The translations under genes and the position numbers were made by a program. Positions 24,250-37,300 of a stretch of 64,000 nt of DNA are shown here, piece after piece. The first letter of the stretch is position 1. Each line of letters opens with the position of its first letter. The notes under the pieces were generated by a model. The model made no database searches and had not been told where the DNA came from. It worked only from the letters and a program-made list of their open reading frames with translations. The stretch is from Mizuhopecten yessoensis. Lineage: Eukaryota. The stretch lies in the NCBI RefSeq assembly GCF_002113885.1, contig NW_018406672.1:1868420-1932419 (forward strand), read 5' to 3'.

Positions 24250-26232
24250 TTAGGCTGAGGAGTTGGACGAACCATGGTCATCAGCCTTCCTTCGATACTG
24301 GAATATCCAAACTGTCGATTTTGTATCGCCTACCCAAAGATATCCTTCCTTGTCTAGAGCGAGCGCGTTCGGTCCACGAATTCCGTTTTTCTCTGTGAGT
24401 AAAAAGCCAATGAACTGACCACTTATGTCTAACAGATGTACTGCGTGGTTACTCCAGTCCGACACGATAACGTGACCGTATTTGTCCGATACGACGCCGA
24501 ACGGATTGAAATCTTTCTTCATGACGACCTCCTTAGGGCCCGTGTATGTCTGTTTGACGACGCCGTCCATTGTCAGACTCGTGACCCTGACATTGGTCTC
24601 CTCGCGATCTGTCACACAAATGTCCCCTATCATATTCTCGTAAAGCCGGTAGGGGGCGCAGAACACTTCATTGAAGCCGTTATCTTCTATCTGGTCCAGC
24701 ACCGTACCATCTTCCTTTATACGAATCACCATGCGACGAGACGTTTTGGAACGTGTTGTGACGTAACTATCCACTGCACACACCAGTAGCTCCTTCCTCT
24801 TACTTGAGTATGTCATTCCGCCTGGATACCAGTTCAGCTGTACAAAGTCGGTCGGTTTGAGGTCATTGTCCAGTTTGACAATCTTCTTCCCGTCGTAACT
24901 GGACACTAGAATTTCGCCATTAGGCTTTACACAGATGTCGTCGACTTGTACTGGTAAGGTTACCGTGTTCTTCTTTTCCCCCTCCCTAGTCCATAGCTCC
25001 ATCTTGGTGGTCCCCCACCCACAACATATCCACGCCTCCTTTTCAGACACGGGCGCAATTGCGTGAATCGTATCCATGGTGTCAGACACCTTAAAACTGT
25101 ACATAAGTGTCACATCAAAGGTCAAGGCCATTCGGAGACCCCATGGAATTGGCAGCAGAGGCATTTTGACGTCGCTTTCATCACAATACCCTATCATTTC
25201 ATACAAATTCTTGCCCTCCATATCACCGGGATGGAAGTTGCTGCTTTCACAGCAGATGAGACCGGAAGAGGGGACTTCTTGGTTTATCCTCTTGAATCGG
25301 TTCTGTAGTTTCGCGCAGATCATGACAAACTCGCTGTCGCTGGCGAGACTGGTGATATCCTCCGACGAACTTGTCGTGTATGACAGAGATTTCAGGAGTC
25401 TCTCTATCAGGCTGATGTGTTTGTCCAGTCGCTGGTTCTCTTTGTCTTCGCTCTTCTGAACCTGTTCTTCCAACGTCTTACTAATCTTTTCTATCTCGTC
25501 ATGCAGCATCTGACATCGTGCTTTGATTTCCTTGATGCTATCTGAAGAATAATCGCCGAGCATCTTCTTAGACGATTTAACTTCCTCTAGATATTCCTCA
25601 AGAACTGGCAAATACTCATGCATACTTTTGATAATGGGAGATATAATGTCTTTCTTTTCCTTGGCACCATCGCCGATGCTCTTGTATCGGTGCCCCTTGT
25701 GATCCGACACTTTCGATACACACTCTTTACAAACCGGCATCTCGCAAAGCATACAGTAAAATTTTGTCTCTTCATTTTTATGTTTTTCACAAAACGATTT
25801 ATGAGTCAAATTCGTGATCGTCTTGTTTTCCGTTTTGCACAGCTCTATGAGATGGTGCTCTTTTGTTGTGTCGGATTCAAAATGGCGGCCTGTGCACGCG
25901 CTACAGTAGTTACACTCGCATTCTAAACACCTCGAGCTCGCGCTCTCTTCCTTAGTTTTATCACACGTGTCACACGTGGAGATAGTCGAGAACGCGGCAG
26001 TTGCCTGAATGGCCCGGATGTAAAAGTTCTCCGGATAAGCCTTAGTTCCAGCCTTCGGAATTCCTATTTCCGTTTGACACAGGGGGCAGGGGAGAGTCAA
26101 TTTGTATTTCTTGGTAGATATCAGTTTTTCTATACATTCCCGACAGAAACTGTGAAAGCAAGTCAGAATCCTGGGATCTCTGTGGCGTTTTAAACACAGT
26201 CCACACTGCAGTGGGTCGTTCAGGTTCGACAT
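24250..26232 (-). CDS. TRIM-NHL-like E3 ubiquitin ligase (RING, B-box1, B-box2, coiled coil, NHL-like beta-propeller), 660 aa, intronless CDS
   Basis: C3HC4 RING (CGLC..CFHSFCREC..CPLC); B-box1 (CDTC..CLEC..YCSAC..H..HH); B-box2 (CEKH..YCMLCEMPVCKEC..HKGH); helical region; NHL-type repeats (PFGVVSD..VIVSDWSNHAV, GPNALALD..LWVGD). 5'UTR acceptor TTTCAACAG at 26335. Confidence 0.93.
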   Translation of the reverse strand: MSNLNDPLQCGLCLKRHRDPRILTCFHSFCRECIEKLISTKKYKLTLPCPLCQTEIGIPKAGTKAYPENFYIRAIQATAAFSTISTCDTCDKTKEESASSRCLECECNYCSACTGRHFESDTTKEHHLIELCKTENKTITNLTHKSFCEKHKNEETKFYCMLCEMPVCKECVSKVSDHKGHRYKSIGDGAKEKKDIISPIIKSMHEYLPVLEEYLEEVKSSKKMLGDYSSDSIKEIKARCQMLHDEIEKISKTLEEQVQKSEDKENQRLDKHISLIERLLKSLSYTTSSSEDITSLASDSEFVMICAKLQNRFKRINQEVPSSGLICCESSNFHPGDMEGKNLYEMIGYCDESDVKMPLLPIPWGLRMALTFDVTLMYSFKVSDTMDTIHAIAPVSEKEAWICCGWGTTKMELWTREGEKKNTVTLPVQVDDICVKPNGEILVSSYDGKKIVKLDNDLKPTDFVQLNWYPGGMTYSSKRKELLVCAVDSYVTTRSKTSRRMVIRIKEDGTVLDQIEDNGFNEVFCAPYRLYENMIGDICVTDREETNVRVTSLTMDGVVKQTYTGPKEVVMKKDFNPFGVVSDKYGHVIVSDWSNHAVHLLDISGQFIGFLLTEKNGIRGPNALALDKEGYLWVGDTKSTVWIFQYRRKADDHGSSNSSA

Positions 26233-28889
26233 GCTGGATTTCAGATGTTCGGTTTACGTCGATAAATTCCTTTTAAAGTTGTATGGTATGTATGCCAGGC
26301 GAGACGTGGTGGTTATGTTTTAATCGAACACCACCTGTTGAAATGCGAAACAGACAGAACTGATGATAATATAGTACATTTCTACATTCTTTTACATGAG
26401 GTAATCGGGTAAATAGTTGAACAAGGAACATACTTAAATTAACGAGGATATCGGTATACATGAATGGTTGAACATCGCCAAATACAAAAGCGTTTGTTGG
26501 TTTGACGTTAAAATGCGCGTCAGAACCTGCTACTTGTGAGTAGTGGCTATGACAAGGATTTAAACTGATCGATTTGGTAGTTGTGAAATAGAATACATAA
26601 TGATACAAAAATGGACCGACAGTACAATGCATATATATTTAACACAAGGCTTACCCAATGTGTCGTAGACTCCTCCCTGTTACCCTACCCCGATTCCCCA
26701 GGCAGCTGGAGGGCGTGGTCCATCCGTAGTATTACGTATTTTGGTGTCGTATCCTAAAGACGTACCCCGACTAGAACTGGCTGACTATCAAGCTTCTTAG
26801 GAACTCGCGATCGTCGCATACACCCATACACGCTCAGGTCAGTCGAGTCATGGTTCAGCTCGCTCGGCGCTTTAAGGTATCGATCTTTTTCGTTAAGGTA
26901 TGTTTGTATACCTGCATTATGCACGGCTCGTGATGACAATGCCCTATATACGCCTTCGCGTAATCTACATAACGTACCTATACATACCTGGGCAGAGGGG
27001 GCCGTGATATATCGATCTTAACGGGTTTAAACGTATACTGTGTGAGGCACATTGTAGCTAATATCAATCAACAACTCCTTACCTTGAAACATAAGCTCTA
27101 TAGAGATCATGTTACCGAAGTTTGGTTAGTTTTCATAGTCCTTAACAGGGTTCATACACTACTGTAGTTTCTATATATGGAATCTTAATAAGTTATTTCT
27201 GAAACCTTTTTTTTTTTAATTTTGTCTGAGGCGTTATGGAATTGGTCATCTAAAAAACATATTATGTGCACATAGGAGCAAATTTTATAACAAGTTGATA
27301 TGACTGGCCGTCACACTGTCGTTGTTGAGGTTTAAATCGCTGCAATCATATACACTATCACGTTACATGTATAATCGGCAAAAACTGTAAACGGATATAG
27401 GCGATAAAGTACAAGTACCTGTACCTGTTTATCGATTAATTACACCTTATGAGAGGAGTTATTTTGTATATCCGGTTGCAAGCACAGGGCCTTGACACTA
27501 TATTCGGAAGTACATGCATATGAACGTCGGTATAACAGAGGATAGTTGTTATTTTTGCTTTCTATTGTTGAACTGATGCTAATTTAACAAATTGTAAGTA
27601 TGTGAAGTTTATATATAAACAATATTATGGGTTTCTACGTCTTACGTTATGCCGAGTTATATTAAGCATAAAGAAAATAGATAAACTAGGCCCATTTATT
27701 GTGCCAAGTCCCTGTGCTTGCGGAGGCATACTTATGTGTAATTATCTTTTTTTTCAGAATGTATTACCATTTAAACAAATTAGCGTGTCTTTCGCCATGA
27801 ACGTAAATTGGTGCTAACTACCTTTTTTATACTGTATTTGAACCGCAGGCTTTAACGTCTATATATCTATAAACGTTTGAATACGCACAATTACCTTACG
27901 AAAGAAGTATTTAATTTTATTTCTGTACTTCGACTATGATCGTATCTTATCTAGTCTTTAATTGAAAAATTCTTCAAACAAGTGCGTCTGTGTGTAATAC
28001 ATATATCAGTGTATGATACTGTATGTGTAATGCAAGCGCCAAAGTGCCATTATTAAACTAAAACCAATTAACCGAGATAGTTTTCCACAAACTCTGACGA
28101 TAAATTCTCCAACTTACTTCTTTTTAAATGAGTCGTGATGGCGAATCCATAATGCAATGTACGTGTAAAAATAAAACAGTTATCAATGTTTTGTCACAAA
28201 TGCTAATATCGGCCTTTTAATTATTTTACTGTGGAGCTTTAAATATTTCAGTTTTAGTAAATAATGATTGAATAATAGTCAAGGGTGACGTCCGAATATT
28301 TACTAGTATTTTCCATTAAGAATATGTTAAACTTATCGATGGAAATTATAATCCATGTATTACCCGTCGTATTCAGTTGAGGCAATATACATAATATATT
28401 CAACTTAATTAAAATATCGTATACATCCTATTTGAATAAATGAAAGATTAATTATGCTTATAAATCTTAACACCTGCTTTCAGTCGGCCTTAACGTTCAT
28501 TAACCTAAGTACGTGACAAATTTAAATCGGTCATGGTCCGATGATTGCTTTATCAATAGTTTTATTTGTCAGAGCGCAATAGAACCTGGTTATATATTGT
28601 ACGTGTCACCAGTGATCAACGATTAAAAAAATCAATGCACTTTATTAAATCATTTAAATTAATAGCCTTATGGATCATTGAAACGTTCACGGCTATGGTA
28701 TGGTCTTGAAATGAACGTTTGTATTTACCTGAAGGGCTGAATCGTTTAAGTTACAAACAGGACATCCCTTCCTTCCTGACCCCTGTAATGATACGATCCC
28801 TTACTTGACAATATACTATTTTGCCTCTGTCCATATTAAATTATTTTATTAACGGGGAACCGAAGCAATTCCCTGTTTGAATCAGTTTT

Positions 28890-29300
28890 AGTATATCTAT
28901 CGTTACGTAGTATAACAGCTTATGTCATTTAATTTATAAGGACGTGTCTCCATGTGAGTTATGTCGGTGTGCTGGAGGCAGGGCATATATATGCATATTT
29001 GCTGGTGTATAGCTGTCTTTCTGGGATACAAATGTAGCTCAGATCCGATGCCGAACATTGGAGTGCTACCTCAATGTAATACCATGTCGATGGCACCCAG
29101 CATAGCATTTCACCCAGTCACACCATACCGACAAAGGGTAAACCTGTTGTTGCGATTGCAATTACACTGTCAATTTTTAACCAGGAAATAACAACTACCA
29201 TTTTAAGGACTTCGGTATGTCCCGGCCTGGGGACAGAACCTAATTGCCTTCATCACTTGAGCGGACGATCAACAATCAATACGACCAAAAGTGAGGTGAG
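28890..29300 (-). mobile_element. Decayed SINE with Meta-like domain
   Basis: CACCCAGTCACACCATACCGAC block; the tail TAACAGCT..GTCATTTAA..GGACGTG is shared with other SINEs in the window. Confidence 0.45.
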
Positions 29301-30987
29301 CCTAACAAAGCGTTAGGGATGTTATTATGGGGGTAGTAAGAAAATGTAAAGATCCAAAATATTGCAATGGTTGCTGGAGATATATTGTGTCCCCAAGAAG
29401 TCTCAAGAGGACACAAAAGCAAATCCCGATTCTGCATAGGGTTCCCACGTTGGCTGCAGTGGACGATATGATATAGGCCTAGTAGCATGTAATGAGTATG
29501 TATAGTTAACGTTGCTAATGTTCAAATGGAAACTAATGATGTGCACCTCTGAATTGTAGTCGATATGTGTTTTTCGTATGAAAGTAAAAGTAAATTTAAT
29601 GGTCAGCCGCATAATTCCAACTTTATGAAGAACTCTCATTTCTCAGTAGTAACATACCCCAACTTCCCTTGTTATGAAGTTCACGTGTCTCGCCTGGTCC
29701 TAAATATCAGGATCAGGATTTTCTTGATAGATATATAATCATATGTACAATTAAAACTTGCCACAGATGCTCCGTTTTTTTTTTTTACACTTTTTGTCTT
29801 ATTTGTTTATTTATTAAAAAAGATGAAGTCAGACAAAGGATAGGATTATCTAAATAACTTATTATGTCCTCTCAAAAATTAAATAAATAGTTAACTCGGG
29901 TCTCGACTGACCATCTTCCCTAAATATTAAAAAAATATCGGACTTAAGCAACGCTACTCCTAGCTACATTTATTACTAGTTAGAACTACATATCTAATAT
30001 AACCTGGGTAGAACTGTATGACTACTAGTTAACTTGGACACGTGCGGAATAATTAAATATAGGAGAAAGGGTCGATCAATTCAATCGTATGTGAATCACC
30101 GATTCATCAAAACGAAAGTAGAGGTAACAGACACTGGAACTCTTTCTTGTGGAGATAGAAAACTGCATGCAAGTGTGACCTTCACCCGTAATAAACCCGC
30201 TGCTGTCAATGGGGATTCTGTCAAAGGTGGGTTTATATTTCATGTACTGCAGATTTAATTCGTTGTGAGGTCTCTCACTTTCTTGCTTGGAAATTATTTC
30301 AACTATAATAAGTGCAGTCATCTTTGGAGTGGCTTATGTTAGCTTATTTTAAGTTTTCATCATATTTAGCCGGAGTGATCACATATTCACTGACTGCGGC
30401 ATCTTTTCAGAGGCTGACCATATCATCAGCCAAGACAAGATGAAGGTTGTGACGAAGACTTAAAACATAAGCTGATGCAAAAATGATAACAATGTTAATT
30501 TACTTATCCAGCTGCATTGCTAAACAGTTTGAGCCTTAATTTGTGGTTCTTTTGGCCTGAACAAAATTAGCATAGGCCGTGATGACCATTGTCCGTGCAC
30601 GATATTACATATCACTGTCATCATATTAGCACAGGAGTCTGGCGTGTCCAGCACCTGTGCTTAAGGTGGAATTGCCGAATAAGCAAGAATAAAATTAAAC
30701 TGTTTAACAGTTATATGCTTTACGTTTTTACCAACAATGTTTTATTTTTTAATTTACCTGGAATTGGAAAGTAAATTTGCAATCAATTATTTTAAAATGA
30801 CAACATACAGTAGCACAGGGACATGAGAATTTGTTGTAATAGTCGTCTTTATTTGCGATACATGACAACCCGGGTTCTTTTCTTTTAGTTAAGTTTATTA
30901 CTTGTAAAACCCCTGTAACATGAAATACATCATATGATATTACTATACATATTGTAACAATCATACAATCACATAAGCTAAAACATG

Positions 30988-33932
30988 TCAAACAACTACC
31001 TGGCTATAGCCACTCTTTCCTTCATCACTCTCTCGAAGTATGATGTATATGAATGTCAATGTTGGGTTGCATTGACTCTGTACGATGAATACGTCAGGCT
31101 CCCAGCGATCTGCTAGGTTGTGTCGTCCATCAAGGACAAGTACCTTAACAAGAATGCGGTCTCCCGGTTCCAAAACGACTTCTCTACTATGTAGATCGTA
31201 GCCTGCCTTCTGGGGAGTCCCGAGCCTTCTTACTCGCTAAGCTGAACGAATGTGACATCCGGTTCCTCATGTTTTTGACATAATCCGGCATGTTAGTTGG
31301 GGAAATTTCCTCGTTTACTTGATCCACACAATAGATCAATGGGCAATCGTGGCTATATCGTCCAAACATTGGCTGAAATGGCGAATAACCCATCGTCTTA
31401 TGCCCTGTACAGTTGTACGCATATGTGAGAGCACCCACAAAGCTCTTCCAGTCTTTCTTTTGATGCGGTTCCAATGTGCCAAACATCAGGGTCCTGTTGA
31501 AGCGTTCGCACATTCCATTTCCGCTAGGATATGGTATGTTGTCGTTCTCGATTTAGTAATATGAAATGTGTCGCACAAACTTTTTATTACTTTCCCCTCA
31601 AAGTTAGCTCCTTGGTCGGAATGTAATTTCCACGGAATTCGGTAATGTTCAATAAATCCCTGCAAAGCCTCCGCTGTCGCTGAAGCCGATTGATTTCGAG
31701 TTGGAATGGCTTTGGCACATCTAGTAAAATGGTCAGTGATCACTAAAACATCTTGTGTAATGAGGTCAGGACCTTCTCTCGCAAGGCAACCGGAAGTACA
31801 AGTTGGTCCACATCGGTCTCACCATCAGATACCCGTCTATATAGCACACCACGTTTCAGTTTCCAGCTATCCCAGCATCTGTTAAGGGTAGCGTTTTCTG
31901 GTATAGCTGATAACCTCTTCCGTATTGGCTTTAGATTCGTCCTTATGATGGGAAGCCATTCCCCAATAACCTCGTCCCCCGCCTGAAGAGTTCCATCACT
32001 GGTGGGGTGTCATGGTTTGGAAACCATGTTCGTGATCAACGTCAAGCATATCCAATACCTCTGTTGATAAGCTCAAGCTTTGCACCAATGATCCATTACA
32101 AAAAGTTGCTCCTTTACAGACGGCTTGGACAGATTCTGATGATATGTTACATCCCGGAAGCCGTGACAAAGCTATACTTAATATCAAAGTTGTATGCCGC
32201 TAGAGCAGACAACCACCTATGTCCCGTCGCGTCAAGCTTAGCTTCTAACAAAACGTAGGTCAGCGGGTTGTTGTCCGTTAAAACGGTGAACGTCTGTCCA
32301 TATAGATGGTCATGGAACTTTACGGTAACTGCCCATTTTAACGACAGGAATCAACTTTATGAGCCGGGTAATTCCTTTCTGCCTTGCTCAATCCTCGACT
32401 GGCGTAGCAAATAGGTCATAACTGTCCATCTTGCTCTTGATATAGAACGGCTCCTAGTTCTAAGGTACTTGCATCGGTGTGAAGCTCAAACGGCTGACTG
32501 TAGTTAGCATATCCAAGCACAGGTGGATTGCATAACGCTTCCTTCAGGCCTTTTAACGATGTATCATGCTCCGATGCCCATGTCCACTTAACGCCATTTA
32601 TCTTAGTCTTTGTCCTTCCTTTGTTCTTCTTTACTCTGGTCGGTGGTAACAGGTCAGTTAAAAGGTCTCGCACTCTTCGAAAAATCCTTTACAAACTTCC
32701 TGTAGTAACCAGCAAAACCTAGGAATTGACGGAGTTCTTCAGGATTAGACGGTGTCGGCCAGTCTCGTACCTTCTCAAACTTCTTGGGATCTGCCTCAAT
32801 GCCTTCCGGTGTGACGATGTGTTCAACATAGGCAACTCTGTTCATAAAGAACTGGCATTTCTTAGGCGCAAGCTTCAAACAGTTGTCTCCGAGTCTCTAA
32901 AAAACCTTTCCTAGTCATTCCAGGTGCTCCTCATGCGTTCGCGAAAAGATGATTAAATCATCAAGATATATCAGGCATATAGCTAAGTGTAGTTCTCCCA
33001 TGCATCTTTCCATCAGGCGTTGAAACGTCGATGGAGCGTTTGTAAGTCCAAAAGGCATCCTCGTGAACTCATAAAACTCCAGTGGGCCGACGGTAAATGC
33101 AGTTCGCTCCTTATGTTCTTCCTCAAGCTCAACCTGATGATAACCTGACTTTAAATCCAGCACAGTAAAGTAGTGTGATCAAGCTAAACAGTCCAGGATG
33201 TCCTCTACTTGTGGTAACGCGTATGAATCCCGAATGGTGCGTTGATTTAACCGTCGGAAATCCACACAAATCCTCAATGATCCATCTTTTTTCCTCACCA
33301 GAACAATGTTCGATGACCAAGGACTGTAGGTTAATTGGTTTGATGACTCCCGCAGCGAAAAGTTGCTGAAGATGAGTCTTTACTTCGTCATACATAGAAG
33401 GTGGTATCCGTCTATGGCGTTGTTTAAAAGTAACTGGATCCGTCAAATCAATTTGATGTTTCACAAGATTAGTACATCCGTGGTCAGTATCTCCGTGTGA
33501 AAATATATCCTTGTATCCCTGAATGAGTTTCGTTCCTAGCTGTAGTTCCTCCTCCGTAACAGCTGAATTGGTAAAGTCCATCTTATCCATAAATGACTTC
33601 GGTACTCCCACCTCTCCATCAACAGTAGGAAGTTCCTGGACAATCACTGGCTGTATCTCGCATAAAATTGCCCCGGGAGGAATGATAAACGTATGTGTTG
33701 TCAGATTGGATAATTAAACGTCCAATGTATGTGTACTGTCGCAGTCATATGAAAACACTGTAGGTGTAACATCAATATCCGTGGACAGCTTGGATCGTTC
33801 CGTGGGCTGCATGATGGCACAGGTAGTTGGATACCTGTTGGCTATATTTGGACCATCACTGATGTGTTTAGAGTGACTTTTTTCATGTTTTAGGGAGTTT
33901 ATATCCATTTTCGGTAAAAATCCCTGTAACAT
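30988..33932 (-). mobile_element. Decayed Ty3/Gypsy pol remnant (RT-RNaseH-integrase); no gag or LTRs recognisable
   Basis: Fragmented ORFs: LDLKSGYHQ/RMPFGLTNAPSTFQRLM/YLDD (RT); KKCQF/FLGFAGYYRKFV; HTDAS (RNase H); HSDQGANFE and CERFNRTL (integrase core). The order RT-RH-IN is Gypsy-type. Many frameshifts and stops. Confidence 0.93.
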
Positions 33933-33958
33933 GATTTATTACTCTTAGCACCACAGTT

Positions 33959-34170
33959 CAGGTCCAAGTATAGCTGTATCAAATTTTCAGGTCCCTGTGT
34001 AAGTACCAGTCTAGGTCCAAGTATAGCTGTATCAAATTCTCAGGTCCCTGTGTAAGTACCAGTCTAGGTCCAAGTATAGCTGTATCAAATTCTCAGGTCC
34101 CTGTGTAAGTACCAGTCTAGGTCCAAGTATAGCTGTATCAAATTAGCAGGTCCCTGTGTAAGTACCAGTC
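33959..34170. repeat. 53-bp tandem repeat, about 4 copies
   Basis: CAGGTCCCTGTGTAAGTACCAGTCTAGGTCCAAGTATAGCTGTATCAAATTCT; GGTCCAA recurs at 33961 and 34014. Confidence 0.95.
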
Positions 34171-34361
34171 AATCAGACTGTCATGACTGAAAGCACAATT
34201 TCTGTGCCTGTCATATTAATTATGTATTTATGATTACAGGTTTCCCATTAACACTGAAACCAGTCTCGATCGTTACCAGTAAAGTTTGGCCGACAGAGAA
34301 TGCTTGTTAAAGTATATATATAGAACAGAATATACTCAGTGAAACGGTTACACCACCAAAG

Positions 34362-37300
34362 ATGTCAATCAAAACAATAAGACAGGATGTGTATGCAGAT
34401 GAACAGAAGGAGGATATTGGGGCAGTTGTACGGCGCAGCATTGGATTGCCAGAGGTATATTACATGTATAACTTAATACAGACATATATAATACAGAAGT
34501 CATAGTTGCAACATTGAAATGGCAGAAGTACACAATGAATTTATAATTTCCAAATCTCCAGCTGGACTAGTGGTTCTATAAACAGCTTCTGTAGCCCGAT
34601 TGACTCGTCAAATTTTGATGAACTAAAAGGTATATAATCGTCATATTTGGCTGGAGGCTTCCTGAGATGAAGCCCAACAAAGTTTAAAAATGAAAATGAC
34701 CTCGACGTACTTTCAAGGTCACAGCAGTCAAATATGTCAAAACGCTTCAAACGACTTCTTCTGAAGAATTAAAAGGTATAGAATCTTCATATTTCGCTGT
34801 TGGCTTCCTTGGATGGAGCCCGATAAAGTTTGAGAATGAAATTGACCTTGACTTACTTTCAAGGTCACAGCGGTCAAATATGTAAAACATTTCAAACGAC
34901 TTCTTCTGATGAATTAAAAGGTATAGAATCTTTATATTTGGCTGTTGGCTTCCTGAGATAGAGCCAGACAAAGTTTGAAAATGAAAATGACCTTGACATA
35001 CTTTCATGGTCACAGCGGTCAAATATGTTGACTTCAAACAACTTCTTCTGAAAAACTAAAAGGTATAACATCTTCATATTTGGTTGATGGCTTCCTGGGA
35101 TGGACCCCAACATATTTTGAAAATGACCTTGATGTACATGTATTTTCAAGGTCACAGCAGTCAAATATGTCAAAACACTTCAAACGACTTCTTCTGAAGA
35201 ATTAAAAGGTATAGAATCTTCATATTTCGCTGTTGGCTTCCTTGGATGGAGCCCGATAAAGTTTGAGAATGAAATTGACCTTGACTTACTTTCAAGGTCA
35301 CAGCGGTCAAATATGTCAAAAACATCAAACTGCTTCTTCTGAATAATTGAAAGCATAAAATTATAATATTTGGCTGGTGGCTTCCTAGGATAGAGCTCAC
35401 CAAAGTTTGTGAATGAAAATGACCTCAACCTACCTTAAAGGACAGAGATCAACAACATTTTAAAGGATTTGTTCTCAAGAACCAAATGGAATGGATTCAT
35501 AAGATTTGGCTGGTAGCTTTTTGGGATAGAGATAACAAAGTGTGAGAAGGAAAATGACATTGACCTACTTACAAGGTCACAGGGAAAAATATGTCAATTT
35601 ACTTCTGAAGAAGAACCAAAAAGCATAGAATCTTATAATAATATTTGGCTGGTAGTTTCAACAGATGGAGCCGACAAAGTTTGCGAGGGAAATATTTGTA
35701 GTGCAATATACTATTGAATGAGAATATTTTGCTTTAACTGCTTAAATATTCAGGTGAGCAATACAGGCCCTCTGGGCCTCTTGTTTAAGGGTGAATTTAA
35801 GGCCCTTATTCCCCCTAAGATAATTTCTGCTAAATTATCCCAATATCAATGCAAAAATCACTTTATTTTCCCAAAATCATGTTTTCTTTATGGGTGACAT
35901 TTTTCCAAAGTCGCAAGACACAGGTCCCTGTGGAGAGGAGGTAGAAAAATCACTGCTCTAAGTAATACATTGTAGATGAATGCTGGAGCTGTGAAATAGC
36001 AGCAGTACAATCTAGCAAAGCAATGGTATAGTAGTAAAAGATGAGAACTTGAAAAGCTAAACTTCAACTTTTATTTTGTACATATTTTTTTTTGCCAAGG
36101 TTGATTACTTGGATCCGTTTCTGATGCTGGATGAGTTTTATGTGACGCCTCCAGCAGGGTTCCCCGACCATCCTCACAGAGGGTTTGAGACCGTAAGTAT
36201 AGAATGAGATACATATTTACCCTTTCACCCCTTATGTAACTTAAGTAAACTCTTCCATGCATTGATCTGGATGAGTCCATGATGGTCTACAGTGGTGAAA
36301 GGGTTAAAATGAAGTCCTTTGAGAATATATTTACATAGCTTAAATTTCTTATGTTTTACAGATATTTTAAAAACTATGATTGAGCTTCACTTTAATAATT
36401 ATTGCACTGTAATCATGTTGAATTGTTAATTTGTAATCTACAGGTATCATATGTACTGCAAGGGGCCGGGATGCACGAGGATTGTTGTGGCCACAAGGGG
36501 ACGCTACACGCTGGTGATGTACAGGTGAGAACACCAGTGACCAGGTAGCTGACCTATATAGTCAGTTTTATAGGGCATTATTATAGTCATCTCAGGACAC
36601 AGGAAACCACCCATAGCATGTCAGCAAGAAGTACTTTTCTTCAGGTGGCAGGTGATTTTAGAATCTTACTAGTCCCTGCAACAAGTAGAAACAGATGAAA
36701 ACTTTTTTATCAACAAAAAATAGATTTTCATGATTTATTTGTATGTCATCATCTAGTTTTTGGCTGTATATTTATTATACAAAGGTCAAGGTCACATTGA
36801 GGTGTTAAAACAAACGTGGTGCTTGTCTTGACAAAAACTATAAATGAACAGTTGAACATATTTTCATGAGACGCCTTCATTTCTGAACAGCTAAATATAA
36901 TTATATTGACTCTTGTGCTTGAACAGTCAAGACCACAACAAGGGGTCAAATGTCATATCATTTATATTATTTTTGTACGAGCAGTGGATTTTGAATTAGT
37001 TACATGTACTTTATTGGTTTAATGGTAAATAAGAGGTGGCTATATCATGGTTAGACAATACTCCAGAAAGCTTATTTATCAAACTAAACATGAACATACT
37101 TGAACGGATTTGACACTTCTGTCATGTAGTTCTTTATGACACGATATTATTTTGGTACATTAAGACTTTAAAATGAAAAAATACTCAAAGGGATGTAAAC
37201 GCAAGGTATAAATCTTATTTTGTTGTCTGAGAAATAAATTGGACAATTTTTAGCTCACCTGCCCGAAGGGCAAGTGAGCTTATGTCGTGGTGCGGCGTCC

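Noticed and set aside
24436-25926. Plus-strand ORFs inside the TRIM gene, and similar ones inside the orphan gene and Gypsy pol
   Set aside because: Antisense shadows of real coding frames.
30988-33932. Domesticated or active Gypsy gene
   Set aside because: Multiple frameshifts, stops and an integrase deletion.
34541-35428. Repetitive minus-strand ORFs (also 61533-62739 and 49159-49617)
   Set aside because: Translations of internal tandem repeats of non-autonomous elements.
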